The notes under the pieces are model-generated. The model worked only from the letters and a program-made list of their open reading frames with translations, did not search any database and was not told the origin of the DNA. From a virus (lineage: Duplodnaviria > Caudoviricetes), in the IMG/VR virus record IMGVR_UViG_3300025357_000008, positions 96,001 to 160,000 of that record: a DNA stretch of 64,000 nt; one strand, 5' to 3'. Shown one piece after another: positions 49,655-56,198 of this stretch (the first letter of the stretch is position 1; each line of letters opens with the position of its first letter). A program made the translations under genes and the position numbers.

Positions 49655-49683
49655 AGCGTAAAAACTAGGGGTTTTTTGTTTTT
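49647..49683 (+). terminator. intrinsic terminator (attenuator) immediately before tRNA-Ser
   Basis: AAACCCCTAG-8 nt loop-CTAGGGGTTT followed by TTTGTTTTT. Confidence 0.88.
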
Positions 49684-49775
49684 GGAAGTTGATGCAGGTG
49701 CGTTGGTGCGCCGACCAGCCTTGAAAACTGGGTTCTCAGAAATGGGATGGGGTTCGACTCCTCCGACTTCCGCCA
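49684..49775 (+). tRNA. tRNA-Ser(UGA), 8/4-type structure
   Basis: GGAAGTTG/CGACTTCC acceptor, 4-bp T stem, 6-bp D stem, long variable arm, G73, CCA. Confidence 0.85.
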
Positions 49776-49782
49776 GTATTTT

Positions 49783-49869
49783 GGAAGATGTGTTGCAAGG
49801 TGCGACAGAGGTTTGCTAAACCTTCGTTCAGAAATGGGCAGATAGGTTCGATTCCTATATCTTCCGCCA
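49783..49869 (+). tRNA. tRNA-Ser(GCU)
   Basis: Loop TT-GCT-AA, long variable arm, G73, CCA. Confidence 0.9.
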
Positions 49870-49875
49870 GGATAT

Positions 49876-49951
49876 GTACGTGTGACCCGAAAGGCTAGGG
49901 AGCAGATTGCAAATCTGTTTTATGTAGGTTCGATTCCTATCACGTACTCCA
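49876..49951 (+). tRNA. tRNA-Cys(GCA)
   Basis: Loop TT-GCA-AA, U73, CCA. Confidence 0.92.
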
Positions 49952-49983
49952 AAATTATTTTGTTGTAATCTTGCAACAAAGTA

Positions 49984-50012
49984 TTGACAAATGATTTTTA
50001 GTGTGTTACACT
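49984..50012 (+). promoter_or_regulatory. sigma70-type promoter P3 inside the tRNA array
   Basis: TTGACA-17-TACACT with extended TG. Confidence 0.75.
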
Positions 50013-50019
50013 AGAGTCT

Positions 50020-50030
50020 GTTCTTTAAAA
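50020..50030 (+). promoter_or_regulatory. boxA-like Nus antitermination element
   Basis: GTTCTTTAAAA matches GYTCTTTAANA. Confidence 0.6.
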
Positions 50031-50046
50031 ATTTGAGGTAGTTTTT

Positions 50047-50121
50047 GCTCGGTTCGTCTATCGGTTAGGACACCGCTCTTTCACGGCGGGAAGACCAGTT
50101 CGATTCTGGTACCGAGTACCA
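50047..50121 (+). tRNA. tRNA-Glu(UUC)
   Basis: Loop CT-TTC-AC, CCA. Confidence 0.92.
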
Positions 50122-50243
50122 TTTGTTTTGCTGACGTAAGCCATGGGGGAAACGTCAACCCTGAGTAACTGCGTATATAAACGGTAAGGTGGCCACTAAT
50201 TCCGTTGAACGTAGCAAATAGTGCGTCAGCAAAACAAATGGTA
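50117..50243 (+). ncRNA. putative structured spacer RNA closed by a 20-bp perfect stem
   Basis: TACCATTTGTTTTGCTGACG / CGTCAGCAAAACAAATGGTA, with internal helices. Confidence 0.6.
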
Positions 50244-50248
50244 TTATT

Positions 50249-50323
50249 GGGGATATAACTTAACGGCTAAAGTAACTGGCTTTTAACCAGTAAATCAGAG
50301 TTCGATTCTCTGTGTCCCTACCA
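50249..50323 (+). tRNA. tRNA-Lys(UUU)
   Basis: Loop CT-TTT-AA, CCA. Confidence 0.92.
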
Positions 50324-50406
50324 TATAAAAACACATTGCCCTAGAAGCGGTGAGATGAATGACACAATAGGCTCACAAGGGGTGTCGCAATGTGTTTTTA
50401 TATGGT
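50320..50406 (+). ncRNA. putative structured spacer RNA: 20-bp stem enclosing a possible H-type pseudoknot
   Basis: ACCATATAAAAACACATTGC / GCAATGTGTTTTTATATGGT; crossed GTGAG:CTCAC and GACAC:GTGTC pairings. Confidence 0.6.
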
Positions 50407-50480
50407 CTCATAGTATAGCCTGGTGATTACAGCGGCTTGTCACGCCGTCAACAGGGGTTCGAATCCCCTTGGGACCGCCA
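50404..50480 (+). tRNA. tRNA-Asp(GUC)
   Basis: Loop TT-GTC-AC, G73, CCA. Confidence 0.92.
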
Positions 50481-50537
50481 GATTTTGTGGCATTTGCACA
50501 GTCACCAAGATAGTGCATTGTAAGTCCAATCTAATAT

Positions 50538-50612
50538 TCCTCAGTAGCTCAGAGGCAGAGCAAAGCACTGTTAATGCTTGGGTCCGTGGTTCGATCCCAC
50601 GCTGAGGAGCCA
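50538..50612 (+). tRNA. tRNA-Asn(GUU)
   Basis: Loop CT-GTT-AA, CCA. Confidence 0.93.
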
Positions 50613-50617
50613 AATAA

Positions 50618-50695
50618 CTCGGTATAGGCTAGCCCGGTCAAGTCACCTGCTTTGGGAGCAGGATATCGCAAGTTCGAATCTTGCTACCGAGACCA
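50618..50695 (+). tRNA. tRNA-Pro(UGG)
   Basis: Loop TT-TGG-GA, CCA. Confidence 0.93.
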
Positions 50696-50702
50696 ATATA
50701 AT

Positions 50703-50787
50703 GGAGATGCCGCCGCAATGGTGTGGCAGGGGACTGTAAATCCTCCGACTTCGGTCACGATTGGTTCGATCCCAATCATCTCCACCA
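50703..50787 (+). tRNA. tRNA-Tyr(GUA)
   Basis: Loop CT-GTA-AA, variable arm GAC-TTCG-GTC, CCA. Confidence 0.92.
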
Positions 50788-50799
50788 TTTAGGAAAATT

Positions 50800-51045
50800 A
50801 TGAATTATATCATAACATTTTTAGCAGTATTCATTACAGATATCTTGTATTGTTTTTTTATAAAAGCAATGAGCGAAGATAAAATGTTTCTTGCAAGTAT
50901 CTGGAGTTGCTTAGTAACATTTGCCGCAAGTGTAGCGGCAATTAATTATATTGATGACCATACAATGATAATTGCATCTGTATTAGGTGCATTTTGTGGT
51001 ACATATGTTGCAATGAAGTTGAGAAAAACATTATTGGGGGATTAG
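50800..51045 (+). CDS. small membrane protein (81 aa; start moved to ATG 50800)
   Basis: RBS AGGA; about three hydrophobic helices. Confidence 0.7.
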   Translation: MNYIITFLAVFITDILYCFFIKAMSEDKMFLASIWSCLVTFAASVAAINYIDDHTMIIASVLGAFCGTYVAMKLRKTLLGD

Positions 51046-51110
51046 TGATAATGGGAGCACATGTGCTTTGCAAGCATGAAGTAGGAGTTCGATTCTCCTA
51101 TCCTCCACCA
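51036..51110 (+). tRNA. tRNA-Ala(UGC)
   Basis: G3:U70 pair, loop TT-TGC-AA, CCA. Confidence 0.92.
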
Positions 51111-51159
51111 AATCTCACCCTTACATACGGTGTACAATAGGAAAAGTAGTATGTAATAT

Positions 51160-51234
51160 GGTGACGTAGCTCAACGGTAGAGCATTTCCTTCATACGGAA
51201 AAGGTTGTGGGCTCGGTTCCCTCCGTCACTACCA
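51160..51234 (+). tRNA. tRNA with CAU anticodon (elongator Met-like), atypical T loop
   Basis: Loop TT-CAT-AC, T loop CTCGGTT, CCA. Confidence 0.8.
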
Positions 51235-51240
51235 AATTGT

Positions 51241-51314
51241 TGGGGATTAGTTAAATGGTATAACAATGGATTTTGATTCCATCATCATAGGTTCGATTCC
51301 TATATCCCCTGCCA
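51241..51314 (+). tRNA. tRNA-Gln(UUG)
   Basis: Loop TT-TTG-AT, unpaired 1:72, G73, CCA. Confidence 0.9.
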
Positions 51315-51316
51315 AA

Positions 51317-51391
51317 CGGTCTTTAGTAAAATGAATATTACACCTTGCTACGAACGAGGAAGTGGGAGTTTGATTCTCTCAGGACCGTCCA
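51317..51391 (+). tRNA. tRNA-Arg(ACG)
   Basis: Loop CT-ACG-AA, T loop TTTGATT, CCA. Confidence 0.85.
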
Positions 51392-51395
51392 ATTA

Positions 51396-51469
51396 GCCCT
51401 TATAGTATAGTGGTATTACAACGGATTTGTAACCCGTTGACGGGAGTTCGATTCTCTCTTGGGGCACCA
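51396..51469 (+). tRNA. tRNA-Thr(UGU)
   Basis: Loop TT-TGT-AA, CCA. Confidence 0.9.
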
Positions 51470-51476
51470 AATACAT

Positions 51477-51550
51477 ACCCCGTTAGCTCAATGGCAGAGC
51501 AAAGTGCTGATAACGCTGAGACAGAAGTTCGATTCTTCTACAGGGTACCA
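51477..51550 (+). tRNA. tRNA-Ile(GAU)
   Basis: Loop CT-GAT-AA, CCA. Confidence 0.88.
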
Positions 51551-51554
51551 ATAT

Positions 51555-51628
51555 CTCTCGCAAGTGTTCCGGTAGCACAAGGTTCTCCAAAAGCCTTGGA
51601 CGGGGTTCGATTCCCTGGCGAGAGGCCA
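51555..51628 (+). tRNA. tRNA-Trp(CCA)
   Basis: Loop CT-CCA-AA, G73, CCA. Confidence 0.9.
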
Positions 51629-51629
51629 A

Positions 51630-52220
51630 TTATCTTAGAAATCCTTGTATCTCGCTGATTGCATCTTGAATTGCATCGGATGAATAGAAGTAATCTAAAA
51701 GATTTTCCGACATAAGATTGAGAATTTCAATTCTTCTTTCCATGTTCTTACGAGTATTCTTCAAGTTGTCAATATGGTTCTGTGTGAACTTTTGCAACAT
51801 GTTTTCTTTTTTCTTTGATTTGATTCGTACAACAATCAATTCAAATTTGTGTATTTGTTTACTTATTTCGGCAATGTTATTGTTGACGTTTTTAATACCC
51901 TCAATAATATCACCTTTCATCATCATAATTAAATCATCCGTAATAGGATCCATTTTGTTTATGAAATGGTGCAACAGATTAGCAAGTTCATTCATAACTT
52001 CGGCATTTATGTCTCTAGGTTGTTCGTAATTGCCGGTAGCATCATAATTGGCTCGTCTTTGAGGATCGCTAAGGATCTCATAAGCCATTTTAATTTTTTT
52101 AAACGTTTCTTCATCACCACCTTTGTCTGGATGATGTATTTGTGCTAAAGTTCTGTATGCATGTTTAATTTCTTCACTTGTACAGTCTGGTGATAATTCC
52201 AGTAGTTTGTATAGGTCCAT
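51630..52220 (-). CDS. DnaJ (J-domain) protein
   Basis: DLYKLLEL...IKHAYR.LA..HHPDKGG...AYEILSDP..RA.YD. Confidence 0.9.
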   Translation of the reverse strand: MDLYKLLELSPDCTSEEIKHAYRTLAQIHHPDKGGDEETFKKIKMAYEILSDPQRRANYDATGNYEQPRDINAEVMNELANLLHHFINKMDPITDDLIMMMKGDIIEGIKNVNNNIAEISKQIHKFELIVVRIKSKKKENMLQKFTQNHIDNLKNTRKNMERRIEILNLMSENLLDYFYSSDAIQDAISEIQGFLR

Positions 52221-52273
52221 GATGTTTAAATAGTAGTTGTTAGTTATTTATTGTTGTAAAAGAGAGGTGTTCT

Positions 52274-52750
52274 ATGAGAGATTTCGATGTACAAAAAGTC
52301 AAAGATTTTATCTTGTCTCAAGGTCCAGATACTAGAGTATATCTTGGTGCCGACTCAGAACGTCTTAGAGTTAATGGTGTATGGTATGCCGACTATGCAC
52401 TTGCCGTTGTTGTTCATATTGATGGTTGCCATGGTTGTAAGATTTTCGGTTTTGTAGACCGTGAATTAGATTACGACCACAAGAAAAGTAAACCAGCAAT
52501 GCGTTTGATGACAGAGGTATATAAAGTATCTGAATTGTTTCAAGAAATGGCAGATGTCTTAGAAGACCGCCATGTCGAAGTACATTTAGACTTAAATAAA
52601 TCTGATGAATTTGGTTCTTCTTGCGTTGTGCAACAAGCAATAGGATACATCAAAGGTACATGTGATATCACTCCTATGGTGAAACCAGATGCACCTGCCG
52701 CAAGTTTTTGCGCTGACAGATTGAAAAGAATCTTGGCAGAGCAGGAATAA
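52274..52750 (+). CDS. RNase H-like protein (YkuK/DUF458 family)
   Basis: YLGADS, RLMTEV, EVHLDLN, KPDAPAASFCAD. Confidence 0.8.
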   Translation: MRDFDVQKVKDFILSQGPDTRVYLGADSERLRVNGVWYADYALAVVVHIDGCHGCKIFGFVDRELDYDHKKSKPAMRLMTEVYKVSELFQEMADVLEDRHVEVHLDLNKSDEFGSSCVVQQAIGYIKGTCDITPMVKPDAPAASFCADRLKRILAEQE

Positions 52751-52755
52751 ATAAT

Positions 52756-52832
52756 GGAGACTATAGTGTAACGGTTTAGCACCCGACTCTGTGAAAGTCG
52801 TAGAATGGGTTCGTCTCCCATTAGTCTCCCCA
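52756..52832 (+). tRNA. tRNA-His(GUG)
   Basis: G-1:C73, loop CT-GTG-AA, CCA. Confidence 0.9.
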
Positions 52833-52851
52833 AACTTTGTTAAGGAAAATT

Positions 52852-53124
52852 ATGAAAATAGGTGGTATCTATTATGAGATTCTTCATAAGACAAATGAAG
52901 AAATGAATGGCAATATTGGTCTTGCTGATTTCAATAGACAAGAAATTAGCATCAATACTGACCATACAATGCAAACTCAAAAAATTGCTTTAGTGCATGA
53001 GATTTTGCACATACTAGACAGCACCTATCATCTTAAATTAACCGAAGAACAAGTAATCTATACCGCACATGCGCTAATAGGTTTCATTGAAGATAACAAA
53101 GATTTTCTGACCGATTTATTATAA
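52852..53124 (+). CDS. small HExxH metallopeptidase-like protein
   Basis: LVHEILH plus downstream EE; RBS AAGGA. Confidence 0.65.
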   Translation: MKIGGIYYEILHKTNEEMNGNIGLADFNRQEISINTDHTMQTQKIALVHEILHILDSTYHLKLTEEQVIYTAHALIGFIEDNKDFLTDLL

Positions 53125-53133
53125 AGGAATATT

Positions 53134-53394
53134 ATGTACACACCCTTGCATGACAAGATTATCGTTCAACGACTTGAAAAAGTCAATCAAACCGCTTCCG
53201 GTATTATACTCAAATCTTCACCCGAACCAGATAGAGCAAAAGTTGTTTCTATCGGTCCTGATGTTGAAGAAGTTGCTGTAGGAGAAGAAATTCTCGTAAA
53301 CTGGAACGGAGCAATTAAAGTAAAAGATGACTTATATACTTTAAAAGTAGAACACGTTGTAGGTGTTTTTGAAGATAATGCCTCGGTAGTTTAA
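53134..53394 (+). CDS. groES: co-chaperonin GroES-like
   Basis: PLHDKIIV, TASGIIL, VVSIGP, VGEEIL. Confidence 0.85.
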   Translation: MYTPLHDKIIVQRLEKVNQTASGIILKSSPEPDRAKVVSIGPDVEEVAVGEEILVNWNGAIKVKDDLYTLKVEHVVGVFEDNASVV

Positions 53395-53453
53395 TGGTAG
53401 AACGGCATCCTTACACGGTGCATACGGGAGTTCGATTCTCCAACGAGGTACCA
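53380..53453 (+). tRNA. tRNA-Val(UAC)
   Basis: Loop CT-TAC-AC, CCA; overlaps the groES 3' end. Confidence 0.88.
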
Positions 53454-53456
53454 GAT

Positions 53457-53532
53457 GCAACTTTAGCTGATGTGGTCATAGCGGTGGTTTGAAGAGCCAT
53501 TGAAACAGGTTCGATTCCTGTAGGTTGCACCA
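53457..53532 (+). tRNA. tRNA-Phe(GAA)
   Basis: Loop TT-GAA-GA, CCA. Confidence 0.88.
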
Positions 53533-53535
53533 GAT

Positions 53536-53619
53536 GCCCTGGTGGTGGAATTGGTAGACACACTGGTATTAGAAGCCAGCGCCAAAAGCATGAGAGTTCG
53601 AGTCTCTCCTAGGGCACCA
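53536..53619 (+). tRNA. tRNA-Leu(UAG)
   Basis: Loop AT-TAG-AA, variable arm, CCA. Confidence 0.9.
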
Positions 53620-53651
53620 GTATAAATAAAGATTTAATAATATGCTACACC

Positions 53652-54197
53652 ATGTCACATAAAGAACAAAGAGATTTTATTACTAAACTCAAAGAAAAAT
53701 TCCCAAATAATTTCAGAAACATTAAAATGCTTGAAATTGGTAGTCTAGATATAAATGGATCTATTAGAGAGTATTTTGAAAACTGCAACTATATTGGTTA
53801 TGATGTAGGTGAAGGAAAACTCGTTGATGTTGTTTATGATGGGATCACATTTAGAGCAGAAGATATAGAATTTGATACTACCGGAAGTTGTAATTGTTTT
53901 GAGCATAATCCTAATTGGGTATCCAATTTTAAAGATATGCACAGAATATTAAAATCTGGTGGTTTACATTTTATATCTGTACCGACAACAGGATGCCCTG
54001 AACATGGTACTGAAAAAGAAAAATCAGATGATAGTCCTTTGACGATTGCAAAAGGTGAAGGGTGGAAAGATTATTATAAGAATCTAACCGAAGAAGACTT
54101 CAGAGAAAACTTTAATTTAGATGAAATGTTTAGTGAATATAAATTTGAAGTAAACGATGAAGCTCACGATTTATATTTTTACGGTATTAAAAAATAA
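53652..54197 (+). CDS. class I SAM-dependent methyltransferase
   Basis: LEIGSLDING, FEH, RILKSGG; late promoter at 53621. Confidence 0.8.
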   Translation: MSHKEQRDFITKLKEKFPNNFRNIKMLEIGSLDINGSIREYFENCNYIGYDVGEGKLVDVVYDGITFRAEDIEFDTTGSCNCFEHNPNWVSNFKDMHRILKSGGLHFISVPTTGCPEHGTEKEKSDDSPLTIAKGEGWKDYYKNLTEEDFRENFNLDEMFSEYKFEVNDEAHDLYFYGIKK

Positions 54198-54272
54198 GCG
54201 GGTATGGTGCTAGTGGTAACACATGACTTTGCCAAAGTTAAGTTACGAGTTCGATTCTCGTTACCCGCTCCA
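54198..54272 (+). tRNA. tRNA-Gly(GCC)
   Basis: Loop TT-GCC-AA, U73, CCA. Confidence 0.9.
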
Positions 54273-54290
54273 AAGTCATTATAAATATAT

Positions 54291-54364
54291 TGCGGGATGG
54301 TGAAATGGTATCACAGAGGACTCATAATCCTCAGTTCCTCGTTCGAATCTTGGTCCCGCAACCA
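54291..54364 (+). tRNA. tRNA-Met(CAU), initiator-like
   Basis: TGCGGGA/TCCCGCA acceptor resembling fMet, loop CT-CAT-AA, mismatched T stem; late promoter at 54280. Confidence 0.82.
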
Positions 54365-54368
54365 AAAA

Positions 54369-55106
54369 CTACTTCAAATTTAATATTTGTTCAGCTTCTT
54401 GTATTCTTGTTCTGGTACTTCTGCTACCTAAGATTACAAGTATCTTATCATCCGTCAACATTACAATACACCCACCTGCGGGAAACGTCCATCCAGTCTT
54501 ACTGACTTGAATATTGGTATGTTTTTCTGTAAGTGGGTTTGTGTTTGTGTAATCTACCCATTTATCATTGATTAGAATTTTAGTTCTATATTGTTTGCTT
54601 AATGATATCAAAGGATAATTTTTTGCTTCTTTGACGAGTAACATTAAGTCTTTTGCCGTACTGATATTTTCTTTATCTAATCCTGTTGGCTCAATAATTT
54701 TAGTATTCTGCATACCTATTTGAATTGCTTTATTATTAATTGCCTCAATACAAGCATTTAAACCACCGGTATAATTTTGACATAAAGTTAAAGCGGCACG
54801 ATTATCTGACGATACTAATGCCATCTCTATCAAATCTTTTCTTGTAGTCTTTTGATTTTTTCTTGGTAACTTATCTCTTAGTTCTGTAGTAAGAGTTAAG
54901 ACTTGTGTTAAATCTTGTTTAGCATCTATTACTACCATTGCAGTAAGTAATTTTGTGATACTAGCGATTGAACGCACTTCATCTATATTTTGAGATGCTA
55001 TAATAGTGCCATTAATATCAGCCAATAGCCATGACTTTGCTGTTAATGTTTTTGCATTACAGAATAGTGAAAACGTTAATAGACAGATAAATAATAGACG
55101 AGACAA
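54369..55106 (-). CDS. D-alanyl-D-alanine carboxy/endopeptidase (peptidase S11, PBP7-like)
   Basis: Signal peptide; SITK (SxxK), SDN (SxN), KTG. Confidence 0.9.
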   Translation of the reverse strand: MSRLLFICLLTFSLFCNAKTLTAKSWLLADINGTIIASQNIDEVRSIASITKLLTAMVVIDAKQDLTQVLTLTTELRDKLPRKNQKTTRKDLIEMALVSSDNRAALTLCQNYTGGLNACIEAINNKAIQIGMQNTKIIEPTGLDKENISTAKDLMLLVKEAKNYPLISLSKQYRTKILINDKWVDYTNTNPLTEKHTNIQVSKTGWTFPAGGCIVMLTDDKILVILGSRSTRTRIQEAEQILNLK

Positions 55107-55283
55107 ATAAAACCTCTTTTTGCATTGATGAATGAATATTTATGGACGTTCATATACACTCATTTCAACAATCAAATGCGCTTCACAACAAAACTTTTAG
55201 AACATTTAGAAACAATAGAAAATGTCGGTAAATTTTTTCTGATGTTTTTTATATTTGGTATATCAGTCACCGTTTTTGTTTTA

Positions 55284-56090
55284 CTATTCCTCTGGTGGGC
55301 TTTCAAAAGTAGGCTTCTGTGACCTTTCAATATAGTTTAGAATTTCTCTTTTACGAAGTTCTTCATAACGATATTGATTAGTGTGGTGCATTAAATCTGG
55401 ATATCTTTTTTGTGCATCATTTGCAACTACAGCAAAAATGCATCCTGCGGCAAACAAAATAATTAGAAAAAGACCACCAAAATAAGCATCAGCTTTTAGT
55501 GTTCGCATTAAGGCTTCTTTTCTTCTTAAAGCGGCCGCTTCCATTTTCATTCTCTTGGCAATAAGAACTTTTTCTTGTTTACCAAGTTCATCCATCATTT
55601 TGTTTACATCAGACCATAGAGCACCAAGTTCCGGTGGGCTTTGGTATACAACAAGCTCACGTAAATCGACACTCATTTGTTCTAATTTCTTTTTCATTAA
55701 AACTCGTTGTAATGCACGTTTACCTATACTAGCATCACCTTCATAGATATGTGTTTGACTATGCTTTTCTTCTTCCTCTAGGACAGTTTTGCATTTGTGG
55801 AAAGCATCAAAGAATTCGCCAAGTTTTTCACCGATTTCTGAATACACATCGTCAGTTTCACCGCCCTTTTTATTGAGTTCGATGATTTCATTTTTCTTTT
55901 CTTGTAATTGTTTCTTTTGCTCGTATGTAGGAGGCTTATCTTTATGATTGGCGTGGAACTGCTTATCAAGGTCGTCAAGCACTTCTTTAACATTGCCTGC
56001 CGCACCTTTGATATCTTTGTAGAGTTGACAACCTTTTTTAACCGCCGCAACAGCGGCATTCGCCATAGCGAATAGTGTAATTGGATCCAT
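55284..56090 (-). CDS. hypothetical coiled-coil protein with a C-terminal TM helix
   Basis: 268-aa ORF; minus-strand CATAAATA upstream near 56192-56199. Confidence 0.7.
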   Translation of the reverse strand: MDPITLFAMANAAVAAVKKGCQLYKDIKGAAGNVKEVLDDLDKQFHANHKDKPPTYEQKKQLQEKKNEIIELNKKGGETDDVYSEIGEKLGEFFDAFHKCKTVLEEEEKHSQTHIYEGDASIGKRALQRVLMKKKLEQMSVDLRELVVYQSPPELGALWSDVNKMMDELGKQEKVLIAKRMKMEAAALRRKEALMRTLKADAYFGGLFLIILFAAGCIFAVVANDAQKRYPDLMHHTNQYRYEELRKREILNYIERSQKPTFESPPEE

Positions 56091-56150
56091 GTAGCGTTAT
56101 GATTACCAGATTTAATAGTCAAAATACATGGTAAAGATAACAGGAACTGC

Positions 56151-56179
56151 TTGACAGTTCGGACGATTTCATATATAAT
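56151..56179 (+). promoter_or_regulatory. sigma70 consensus promoter for tRNA-Gly and the g43 operon
   Basis: TTGACA-17-TATAAT. Confidence 0.82.
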
Positions 56180-56198
56180 AGATGAACTATCTATTTAT

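Noticed and set aside
49684-49775. Selenocysteine or UGA-suppressor tRNA
   Set aside because: The anticodon is TGA (reads Ser TCA), not TCA.
50122-50403. Known self-cleaving ribozymes (hammerhead, HDV-like theta) in the tRNA spacers
   Set aside because: No CUGAUGA/GAAA core and no G-initiated HDV-like fold directly after CCA could be identified by eye; left as unknown RNAs.
49276-51628. CRISPR array
   Set aside because: The recurring GGTTCGATTCC units are tRNA T arms; there is no constant repeat-spacer period.
53536-53619. Amber suppressor tRNA or stop-codon recoding
   Set aside because: Anticodon TAG reads Leu CTA; core genes are intact in the standard code and several end in TAG.
50423-54505. 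ORF-track calls 50423..50605, 51410..51658 and 54290..54505
   Set aside because: They run through tRNA genes and lack an RBS.
55125-55322. 65-aa + strand ORF
   Set aside because: No RBS, overlaps the convergent gene and covers a probable minus-strand promoter; unsupported but not excluded.
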